A program made the position numbers and the translations under genes. This document shows positions 52,900 through 64,000 of a stretch of DNA of 64,000 nt, piece after piece; positions within the stretch are counted from its first letter, which is position 1; every line of letters begins with the position of its first letter. Source of the stretch: Sphyrna mokarran (lineage: Eukaryota); the NCBI GenBank assembly GCA_024679065.1, contig JAGIQG010000009.1, positions 100,006,001-100,070,000 on the forward strand, in the 5' to 3' direction. Below the pieces are notes generated by a model. That model did no database searches. It worked only from the letters and a program-made list of their open reading frames with translations, and was not told the origin of the DNA.

Positions 52900-54900
52900 T
52901 CAACAAAGAATGTATTTTTTTTTGGCTATCAGCAGACAGTAGCATCTATAATTCCCCTTGTGATATCAATTAATTTGTGTCTCAGGCGGGTTTTAATGAC
53001 TGTGATTTGCTCAATACTGAAATGCAGAAATATTATATGACCTTCTCTCTCTGTTACCTTGCAATGCTTCTTTTTGTTTCTGGATTTCTAACAAAAACAA
53101 ATTGCAATATTGTTAATTATTTAATTTTAATGGAAACATCACTGTGCAAATCATAATGATTTTACGCTTTGGGAAAATTGCATTACTTCTGTATTATACG
53201 CTTCTACATTTGAATGACTATATTAGTTTGCTGTTACGTCAGATGATCTGTCAGAAATATGAAAAAGGGCAACGGGCTTTGCTTTGTTATTGATCAAGCT
53301 CGGAAATGGAGAATCTATTCATAAACCAAATCTGAGCTCCGAATATACCAATTGTTCCACAAAACAAAACAAAGTTTCATTTTTTCGGGAAGAAAGTTAT
53401 GAAAGATGTTACAAACTGAAATAATAACAAATGTGCTTGAACTACGTTGGATCCGTCTAGAAATAAAGCCGCTATCTCCTCATTTGATTTGTTTTGCTTT
53501 TTTGGCAATGCTGGTCTAAGGTAGGATGGAATGAATGGTTTGTCATACGATTGAAAGATTGGGAAAATAATGAAGACGCTGGCTCATAAATCAAATACCT
53601 GCACACTAGTCTACAATAGCTAACTGTTCCGATAGTAAGTAGATTTGGAAATATAGCTCCCAAGTTACTTACATCCTGCAGAATGCCACGCATTATAATA
53701 ATTAGAATAAAGATCATAAGGCACAGAATCGTGTTAACCATTCAATTATCAACGACTGCAGTAAGGTGACATTTTTGTCGAACATATTTTTGCCTTTTTT
53801 AAGTTGCCTTTGGGTAGAATGTTTTGGAATTTAATCAACGCTCATATAGATAAACATTCCGTTTTCTCACAGTGACAACATATGGACTATGCTGAGAAAG
53901 TACAGTTCAGCAGAAGGGCTAGTTAAAGTTGTAGTGCATTGCAAAATAGTTTCGTAGGAAAAATGGTCCGCACTTCTCTAAATTATTATGTTTACGATAT
54001 GCCAGTTACACATATTAAATAAATGCACTTAATTCACGCTCGAAGAAACCAATTTTATGCATTTCTCTGAAGAACAATATACACCGCTGAAGTACTGTTT
54101 CTGAAGGTTACAGATTAATTAATTTTATTTCAAACCCAACTCATGACCTCTGGGTTCATTCTTTTGGAAAACTTCAAACAGTTTGTCATGATTTCTGGAA
54201 TCATAAAAACAAATTCTCAACCATTATTTTTCCAAAGGTGAACGCTTAAATCTATTTCCTGATGTGCCAAAAAATGAATACACCAGTTTTCTGAAGTCAT
54301 GAGTTCGCCAAAAAGAAAATCACAATGACATTTCAGTTTAAGCATGGCGTGACTGAGCTACTGAACTCTTCTTGCCATTGGGAAAAAAAATGCGATTTGT
54401 ATAAAGGGCATTAACTTCTGAGTGGCATTCCGATTTGCACTGACATGTTTGAAAGGATACATTGGTGAAAATATATCTTTCAAAACAAAATCATTGTACA
54501 TTAGAACAGCATAATTGTTTCAATTCCTTGGTAGTCGCTGTTAAATCATGAAAACCACGTTTGCAGAAATCAAATGAAGTAAATTGTAAAATTATCGTAG
54601 AGTTGCTTTCTTACCTTCGTCTTTTCTGAACGCTGCTTCTTCTGCAAGGAGTTCATGCTCAGATCATGATACAAATAACTTGCATATCTGCATTAAACTA
54701 ATTATTTTGTTGACCGCGTGATGATTCAGTTAATCTACGTGAAATCCCCATGCCTGGCACAAGGATGGTAAGTTGAGTTGTAACTGCGCTTGCTTCATTG
54801 GATTTACAAAATTAAATAGATCTGTACTAAGACAATTTTTATTCAGGAAAATAATAGTGAAGCAGCTGGCTTCCCAGATAACTGGACTGATTAGCTTATT
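52900..54900 (-). mobile_element. Ancient Gypsy RT/RNase H remnant
   Basis: VQK/DEGK, QIGM..., VTPCLN (VMPFGLxN-like), IGTVSYCRL...DQHCQKS and KPVALF. Confidence 0.45.
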
Positions 54901-55479
54901 TTCTCAAAGCAATGAAACCTGACGTCTAAATCTGCTCAGATCCAGAAGTAGCATTCAGGCCAGTAGGTCTGCAATATCCGTAAGTGGCCTAAATGTGTCA
55001 GTTACACAAATCTAGATTTGCAAAATCAAAGTAAACGTCCACAAAGCATAAATTTGATGGGTTAGTTTTCTTCAACATCTCGATGGTATATGAGTGGAAA
55101 ATGTGCGAAATATACAGAAACAGTTTTTTTTTAGACCAGCAGTTGACGACATAGGCTGAAATTCAGACTGATGCAATATATGGTCGTTCTGCACCGATGC
55201 TATAGTTAATTAAGATTATCAACGCCAGTAATTTCTCAAATGGCTACGGAAGTTTGTCAAGCCTACTACAACTTTCACATTATTTTACAGATACGCTTAA
55301 AAGAAGTCCTTTCCGGATGTGCCTCAGCTTCGGAAGCCACCTTCTTCAATCAACACAAAGAGGAACTAAAAAGGATTGTGAATGTAGCCTTGTCCATCGC
55401 CCAAAACACCCACACACAGAGGCTCCATCTACGCTTCAGCAAAGCAACCATTTGCTAAGCCGTTTGAGAAGATAATTCA

Positions 55480-55780
55480 GGATCAATTGCGTTACGGTGG
55501 GACTGGAATAACGTGCAGGCAAATCGGAATGGGGGTTGGCCGGAGAAATGGAGATTTCCTTTCCCTAAAAACATGAGTGAGTGAACCAGAGTTTTTTTAT
55601 TTCAAACAATCCAAAAATTGTTTCATGGTCAGCAGTGGATTATTAATTCCTTACAGTTTTTTTTTGTTAAACTAAAATTCCGCCGTGTCTATGGCGGTAT
55701 TCGAAAACGCGTCCCTAGAATATAAGCTGAGTTGTTTAATTTTGAGTCTAGCAATAATAGTACTACGCTATCGCTTCCGT
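55480..55780 (-). mobile_element. Decayed Deu-type (SacSINE-like) SINE
   Basis: agatttcctttccctaaa...gtgaaccaga and ggcggtattcgaaaacgcgtccc, recognised from memory of shark SINEs. Confidence 0.6.
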
Positions 55781-57649
55781 GCATGTCGTCTTTAACCTAT
55801 GCAGAATGGAGTCAGTTTGATGTTGCCATGTAGGTCTCAAGTGCAGCGGAAGATCTCTGGATGCGTCCTCAGTAATCGAGGTGAAACAATTAGGGGGCTG
55901 ACTCCATCTCACCTTCACCTGCTTCAGCAACCCATAGAGCCACTCAGAAAAGAAAACATAACTGCAATGCTCTTCACTTTTGTGGAGGTAAGGGATCACA
56001 TATTGTGCCCGATATCCCACCAGCACGTGATGACTTTTTAAATTCAATAACAAAGTTCTCAAATTGCAATCTGCCGATTATCACGAAATGACTCAGAACA
56101 CAAAATTGAATCTGTATTGTTGTTTTTGAGCAATAAAGCTTCCATTCATTGTGAGGCATACATAAAAATCGAGTTTTGTAGCCATATGCACGATTTAAAT
56201 GTTATCAGCAATGGCCTAAAATGCCAGTCAGTTGACAAGTAATTAGTGATTTGCAAAAAATGCTGTCAAAGTCAGCACACTTTGCATTGTATGAATGAAT
56301 AATCAACCACGCCAAGCCAAGTCAAGCACAGGGCAGTAGTACATTTGCATATCTGAGAAAGTTACGTCACACACTCATGCACACACCTACAAACCTCGCA
56401 CTAACCAGACGAACACAGCTCTCCAACCTTATGACTGACCCGTTCACCAGAACTACCTAACCCACCAACCATATTGTAAATTATCACTAATCACACGTTT
56501 GGCCACATAACCATCTTCTAATTTTTTTAAAAAAAGGTTCAACAATGTATCCACTTGCTTGCCCAAATGCGGACATGCAGCCAATATCAACAACTTCCTT
56601 GCTGCGTATCTGACTCATCATATGTCAACCCATAAAATTCAGTCTCATCAGTAAGCTACTAAAGTGAGGGCTACTTTGAGACACATCTTATCAAGTAGCC
56701 ATCACCCACTACACACTTCCTCACTCATTCACCTCTGAAACCTAACCAGCACATAACTATGCACAGCTACATTTTGTGAGGGGGAATGATGAATGCGATT
56801 TATTACTCCTACATTTGCATCCGGCGGGGATTATTTATTAAAGGGTATTGAATTGGCTAAATGATAATATCAAAAATGAATTAGGACATCACTGTAATTT
56901 ACCAACGATATAATTGGAGGGTTTTGAGAATTACATTGATGTATCCGAAAGCACACAGTCTGAAATACAAAATCTAGTTAGCACAGTAAAGTGTCGGGGC
57001 ACAGCGGTAGTAGAGGTTTGATGGAGACGTTGTTAAACACACGTTCTGAGTTCGGAAAACTCATTTTTGGCCCCTACGGGGAGCCTCAATGTCTTGTGAC
57101 ATGTGTATTTCTCCAAATCTGACTTATTAAAAAAAAAGTTGCCGTGCAAGTCTAAGCCATAAACAAACAAGCATCAGAAAATAACTTGCAAATATACTTA
57201 GGTTAAATAAAGTACAAATATTGCCTGGGGCAACAGATGCAGTGCCTCATGAAAATCTGCAATCAAGTGTGTCCTTTAGTTTAAATCTGAAACAGAAATG
57301 TTGAAAGTCAAATATTGTACTGCCGATGTATTTTTCAAAGTACAAACGACAGTGATTACTTAGCCGGGAAGAGCATGTCTTTTGAGATATCCTCTGAGAT
57401 TAAGTTCACCTAATTATTGCAATGTATGATCATTATGTACCTGAGCTCCTGAGAGTATTGCAATTATTTAAAATATCCTACAGCAAGTTGGAATAATATA
57501 TAAGATATTGATGGCAGAAGAAAATGACAGGTAATTCGGTCCATAATTTGAGCACGCATTCGGCAGGTGGTGCGGGTACAGCTCTTGGATGTTGATTCAT
57601 GGGTTGCCTGGTACCTCATGTCGTAAATGAGTGCTTTATGTAGACCATC

Positions 57650-57965
57650 TGAAGGGCACCATGACAGCTCAGAGACTATCGATGTGGCTGTGCAGACACT
57701 TGGAATTGGGCCGGTGTCTGCGGGAGTTTGCGCGTTCTCCCCGTGGTTGCGTGGGTTTTCTCCGGGCACTCCGGTTTCCTCCCACAACCCAAAAATTCGC
57801 TCTTAGGCTGATTGGGTAACAAATTGTCCCTATGGTGAAAATTTTCCATATTAGGAATAATATATATATTATTATATAGGAATATTAAAATAGGATAATG
57901 TATTTGGTATGACGGCGGCGCGGGCTCGTTGGGCCGAAGGGCCTGTTTCCCGTGCTGTGTTGCTT
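57650..57965 (+). mobile_element. HE1-like SINE
   Basis: gtctgcgggagtttgcgcgttctccccgtg...gggttttctccgggcactccggtttcctccc and tail gggccgaagggcctgtttcccgtgctgt. Confidence 0.88.
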
Positions 57966-58849
57966 AATAAAAAAAAAGAATAGAACGGCTCTGCAAAAAA
58001 AAAAAAGCTTTCTGTATTTTTTAACTTAATTAGTGCAGAAAGCCTGTTCAGCAACGATCTGTACAAGTATTCCTGAATTTTGGACTTTTGAACACTGGTC
58101 ACGAGAGTATGAGAGTAGAATGAAAGCAGAGCTTTGCAGGTACGATGGCGGCATTAAAGCCCCACGAGACAAACTAGATATTAGGGAGCAATTTGAGAGC
58201 AATGGCGGACCACTTAAGTTAAAACAACGACATCGTCCTTTTTTTCTGGAAATGATTGGGGTCTAAACAATTATGTAGGTGTAGCTATCCCAGTCGACGA
58301 AAATGTGGATAAAAACGCGCAAGGAGACTTCACTCCGCAGTACAAATTTATGCATTGCGCCTTCACAAAGGTAACAGGAGCCACACCAATTTATAAAGAA
58401 AAACACACAGAAATGGACAGGATAATGTCTGACAGAAAGTGGGATGCCATGCTACGATTTTCAGTTGCAGAGGTAAAGGCTTCATCATAAGCTTCAAGGC
58501 GAAACGAAAGCTAAAATAAAAAAAAAACAGCAGTGGGCCATTTGGAATCACAGAATACAGCAGTGTCACCATTGCTTCATGTTTCTATCGCATAAGACGG
58601 GCAAACGCATTACTGTTGACATATCGCATCATCCTAGAGAAATCCACACTGGGAGCTAATCCTTTTAGATTTTGCAGGGTCGTTCCCATGTAATCAGGAA
58701 AATATTACTGCCTGGAAGTCATCAAACAATTCACCGAATGTGTACAAACATTTCATGTGCACCACTTCCAGCCAAATCTGTAGCTGTCATAATATTTGTG
58801 GAAATAATTCCCCAAGTGGCTTACCAGTGCAGATAGACTCTGATGAGGG

Positions 58850-59810
58850 CAAACATTAAACTTGTCAGGTGACCAACTAAGTAAGTGTTTCAGAATAAAA
58901 AAAAAACAACGTCCAAAATATCCACAATGAATCGAACACTGAATACGGCACTGTGTGTTTGTCGCTGGGATGTTAAAGGAAGTCGGGCAGGAATTCAGAG
59001 CCCGTCTGAGCACTAACTTGCAATCTTTTCTGCAGACAGGTGAAGGCCCGGGGGAGTGGAGAAATGCAAATATGTTTCTGTTGCTCAAAAATGAAACAAA
59101 ACATTTGCCAAAACCCTCATAGGTTATCTTTTTACGCTCCGCTGGTGGACAAATTGTTGTAATGACTTCTGAGAGACCAGATGAACGTTACCTAGATGGA
59201 CATTTATATATCAGAGATGTTCAGCATGCCGACCATTGGGCAAAACATAATGTCATGATCTTGATCCAAGGTGGCTGAGTAGCAGGAAGCAAATGTCAAT
59301 TATTTCTGAATGCTCTTACAAATATATAGTTGTTTCTCCGCAGGGCTTAGTGATGGGACCACTTTTGCTTGTTTGGACTTGAATGCTAGAGGTACAGTGG
59401 AGAAAATTGCAAACAACTCAACAAAGTGGCTGTGGGTGAAGGGTAACATAATTAATGCATACAAGATTATTATGCATATAGGCCGCGTATAGAGGAGAAA
59501 ACAATTCTTCTTGGCAGAGTATATAAAACAAAAGTTATGAATTCAAGAAGGTAGCAAAGGGGTACGAGGGAACGTGAGGAATGTATATATGCAGAGTGCT
59601 CAACCTATCTGGAAACCATTGCCTGAGTTTATTGTAGAGGCAGAGACCATAAAAACATAACCTGAATCTGCATTTTAAGTGTTGTAAATCAGCTCTATTT
59701 GGGTCATTTGGAGAAATATGGAATTAAGGAGGGTCCCTTCGCATCTATTATTTGGCAGAGACAAGATGGGTCAAATATTCCCCTTCTACGCAATATCATT
59801 TCTATTGATC
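58850..59810 (+). mobile_element. Highly decayed CR1 fragments
   Basis: gcagacaggtgaaggcccgggggagtggagaaatgcaaat and gcatacaagattat, plus a 3' UTR. Confidence 0.65.
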
Positions 59811-60549
59811 TCTGGCTCATTTGGGCTAGTCCAGAAGGTTGCACGGTAAGTGTAAAATAATGAACATGGTTGATTGCTTTTATTAATAATACATATAATT
59901 TGTATGCTTTATCAATGGATCATTAAATTAGCGAAATGGTTTTATCAAAAAGTGTTGGGGGAATCTATGTCAATTACTAAAGATGCGTTTAGAGTTATCT
60001 GGTGAATATTTGATAGTACTACAAAGGATTCTAAGTAATATTTCACACTTTTCGTAATATAAACCACCCATTAATATGCAGACAAGATCAATTCATAGCG
60101 GTACCACAAACTAGATGCTGATGTGGTTAAGCATTTTGCTGTCAGGGAAATTCATAAGTCTTCAGTGCCCAAATCAGTCGCCAGAACGCTGGCGACCTTT
60201 GGCTTGCTCAATTGCTGAAGTAGTAAATAATAGCAACAAACGACTGGCAAGCCTCTGAGCAACAGCCAACGGAAAATGGATAAAAAGTAGATTTTGGCGA
60301 CGGAGATCACCAATAACACTTGTTGTAATAGGCGGTCTGTTCGATTGGAAATATGAATTCAATGATATTAGCTTAACAAAAATAAAAAAATGTAAATGTT
60401 GGATTTTTTTTTCAATGCCTACATATAGCTCAATATATGAATGACATCTGACATGTTAGCCTGGGAGAGTCCTGCTTTGGAGTTATCCTTTGATGTGCAG
60501 CTCTCACGAAGTTTTGAAACAATTAAATCTTTTATTTCAACACGTGTCT

Positions 60550-61130
60550 CCTGTGATTATTGTGCATAATATCATCTCCGACAAAATTATCCTTACACTA
60601 TAAATCCCTTACGCTCTTATCATATGAGCTTAACATCCTCATATTGTGCAATTATCAGATTGTATGCTTATTAATGCATCTGCCAGCAAAGGCACCATCT
60701 ACCGATTTTGGCATTTGTGCAAATAGTAAGGTACCTGCTACCTATTTAGCCATTCCATCTTCCCTTCTTTATTCACCCATCAACTCAGCCAGCTCACCGA
60801 TTTTAATCATATGCTTGCACTCCTCTGGCAACCAGGCACAACATTGCCAATTACTTACCTTTCCACATATGGGTATGTCTGCATAACTATCTATCTTCCT
60901 CATCAGTTTCCCCCATCTCATCCAACTCTTCAAATACAAATCTGCCTCAAGCCTCCAACAGCAATCACCTAACCACTGAACAGCACCCACCCACCTAAGC
61001 GCACATATTAAACAACCATTCTTCTGGCCTGCCCCCCGAAGTACCCACCTACCTCAGCTTCTACAGAGCTGCAAATCACACCTACTCATGTACACCACTG
61101 ATTCGTTAATTCGCATATGAATCACGTCAC
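60550..61130. repeat. G-poor, C/A-rich tract
   Basis: Same composition and polarity as the other tracts. Confidence 0.5.
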
Positions 61131-61544
61131 TCCATAAATCAGTTATGTCATTGAGAATTAGGACACAATGCTGTCTTACAATGGAGGAACAAAACTACAA
61201 TTCTAGTAATTGCGAAATATCTGAGCAGAAATCGAATTTGAGAAGTGCAAACTGCAATCAATATGAATCGGTTCAAACTGTTTGTAAGTTAGAAATGATT
61301 TCTAGCATGAGCACAATTATATTGCCACCTGACTTCCGCAGTGCCTTTTTCAATTCTTCCAGGTCTAAGGAAATAAAAACAGAAGTTTATGGCAAATCAT
61401 ATTGTTTGTGCAAGATATTGGTTTAATTTCAAAGTTTGATCTAAGAATTTGGTATTTTTGAGGACTCAGGTGTTACAGACGCTTTGCATAACATGCGCGC
61501 TTAAACATAATATGAGGCGTAATTCATATGGCTCTGAACATTAG

Positions 61545-61586
61545 ATGTGCGTGTGTGTTGTGTGTGTGTGTATGTGTGTGTGTGTA
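61545..61586. repeat. Imperfect (TG)n microsatellite
   Basis: Interrupted TG run. Confidence 0.9.
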
Positions 61587-61899
61587 AGTGAAATGATGAC
61601 ACATAGCGGAATTGCAATAATGTGCGTTGCATGAAGATAACATTTCAGTTGAATTCGTCAGTGATCAATAACTAGCACATATCAGCGAAACAGTTTTGCC
61701 ACATTAATGGGGTAGAATAACAGTCCGATATATCGAAATTCAAAAGTTAAACATTACAAAACAAAATCTACAATTGCTCTGATGAATAATGTGTCATTGT
61801 ATTAATCTGTTCGACCAGTAATCCACAGAGATAGTAGCTACGAGGCGAATATCAGTTCCAGCATCACCAAGAAAGTGGAAGGGTTATTACTCAGTCGAT

Positions 61900-62300
61900 T
61901 AATAAAATTAAAACGTCGGTGATAAATCTGAATAATTATCAGAATAATTTGACTACGCGGTTTTAAATTGCATCCAGTTACTGAAAGAATGTGAGGAAGG
62001 AAAATAATAATCCAATCAAAGATGACTTCAAGATCAGGTCAAAACGAATGTTGTTTAGTCCGAGTTTCTTCATGACTGTCCTGTAAATAATCTACTTGTA
62101 ACATCCTGTTATAGAAATGCATCAATGCGTTATGCTGTCCAGTTGAGCGTCTAAAGCACCGTGTATCAAAATGAAGAGGGTTTGCAGCAATATTTTCAGA
62201 ATTGTTCCACAACCGATTCGAATAACAGTATAACGTATCTGATTTATCAGAAGTTGTCAAATTAACCAGTTAAAAAAAAAACTTCCAAATTGCTATCTTC
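61900..62300 (-). mobile_element. Ancient Gypsy RT-RNase H linker remnant
   Basis: YCYSNRLWNNSENIAANPLH then NWTA*RIDAF resembles YYRRFIxNFSxIAAPL...FxWTxxCxxAF. Confidence 0.5.
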
Positions 62301-62689
62301 TAAAACAATGCTCTCCGATGTTGCTCTGATTTGTCTGTTCAGTATCGACGTCCATGGCTTAGCATTCTCATTCAGTCATGCGAAATTATGCAGCAGCTGC
62401 TGCTGAATAAGTCATTTATCAGATAATGCACGCGTTCACTGACCTGGCTGTTATTTTCGACAGGATGAATTTTTGGTTTCTGCTGGCTTAATCCAACATA
62501 TTCCGAAAAAAAAATCCTCGAGAGATCAAGACGTCAAGTGCTGTTGCCTAATTCTCAATTTCAAAATTCATATTTTTTACATTTCATTCAGTAGGTATAT
62601 TTGTCTGGAGCAATAGAAAAAAGATTGGGCATCACTCACTGAGCAATTCACCGTGCTTACGACCTTTGGGCCCATGGCAATCGTTGGTC

Positions 62690-63940
62690 CTATTAAACTG
62701 CCAAATCACCGCAGAAGTAATCGATATTAACAAATACCTTCTTATAATAACTTTCGTGGTCTCGGGATACAGTTAAAACAATGACATCTAACTGGTGATG
62801 TGGAAATTTGCCCAAGTACGCCTTGAACCCAAACCACAGGACAATTCAAACCAAGTTAGTTTGGTCCCGTCTGTCCAATATGAAAACCATTAGTGAAGTA
62901 ATGGAATCGGTCATCAACAGTGCAATCAAGCAGCACTTGTTCAGTAATAACTTGTTCAATAAGTTCTGTTTTGCAGGAGTCATTCAGCTCCTAATATCAC
63001 AAAGAAAGATGTGGGAATGTTTACCAATGATCCCACGAGTTCAGCGTTATTTGCACATACTCAGATTCTAAATCATCCCATGTTCAAATGAAACATGACT
63101 TGAACAGAATGCCGGCTTTGTCTGACAATAGTAAGTAACATTTCGCGTCAAAAGAAATGTCTGGCAATTACTATCACCAAATCGAGTCATTCTAACTACT
63201 GCCACTGACATTCAATGGTGTCGCTATCATTGAACTCCATTGTCCTTATCTTTGGAATTAACATTGAATTGGGTTCCCTAAAGGAGTTGAGTGGATGCAA
63301 GTACAGACCAACCTTTTGTTATTCTGAGACGAGAAATTCAGTGCCCGACTTCCCAAAGCCATCTGCAATGCACTCTCCAGGAGTGTTGTGACATAGTCTC
63401 AAGTTCCCTGGATGGGTGCAGTTAATTCAACACTCAGTAAGCTTGACTTCATTCAGGTAATATTCACCCGCTTGATTTGAAAGGCATGCAATAACCTCCA
63501 GCCCTCGACCACCAACACTCGGTCGCAACACATATACTCTTTAAAGTCTACTTCGTATGAATTAAAAAAAACAATCGACATCGACTTCCAATCCCACAAT
63601 TAAATCCATCTGAGTGCATAGTGGCAGCAGTTATATGGAAACACCATGACTTACAAGATCCCCTCGAATCCTCGAATTGTATTGACTTATAAATATTGAA
63701 GAAGAAATAGTTCCTCCAAACCATTCATTGCAATGATCTGGAAATATGTTTGTGTCCTTTCGAAGTCAATGGGTAAAATCGTGGATTTCCATCTCATAAG
63801 GCATTGCGGGTCAATCCGCAGCACGTGAAGCTCAGTGTATCAAGGACGCAGCTCACTACCATTTTCTCAAAAGCAACTAGGGATCTGCAATAAATGCTAT
63901 CAGCCAGCAGCGCCCATGCACCATGAATAAATACAAATGA
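62690..63940 (+). mobile_element. Decayed CR1/L2-group LINE 3' part
   Basis: ISEVMESVINSAIKQHLFSNNL and 3' end ctagggatctgcaataaatgct...cccatg. Confidence 0.75.
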
Positions 63941-64000
63941 AACACAACTTCTACCTTTGTGAAGTCATCGCCACCTCCAACGTGACGTTGTGAGTTCTTT

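Noticed and set aside
512-63071. Remaining short ORFs in the six-frame track as host genes
   Set aside because: They have no recognisable domains or exon chain, and most overlap repeats or low-complexity tracts.

Overview
This is eukaryotic, repeat-saturated, non-genic DNA, most likely from a shark or ray, judging by HE1/HER1-like SINE/LINE pairs and CR1, Rex/Babar and Deu-type repeats. No intact host gene was recognisable. Main contents: (1) a 7.7-kb epsilon-like endogenous retrovirus (24660-32388) with 651-bp LTRs about 2% diverged, a tRNA-Ser PBS and a PPT, lacking protease, RT and most of env, and nested in an old CR1; (2) a solo LTR with a perfect 4-bp TSD; (3) many CR1/Rex LINE fragments and tRNA-derived SINEs; (4) about seven heavily decayed Gypsy-type pol remnants, all on the minus strand, interleaved with G-poor C/A-rich tracts of one polarity. 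The most unusual feature is at 12340-13350: the 5' end of an R2-type retrotransposon outside rDNA. It starts with the 28S rRNA target sequence and folds into a canonical HDV-like ribozyme, followed by two further tandem paralogous HDV-like folds and degenerate zinc-finger coding sequence. All calls come from manual reading, and boundaries of old repeats are approximate.
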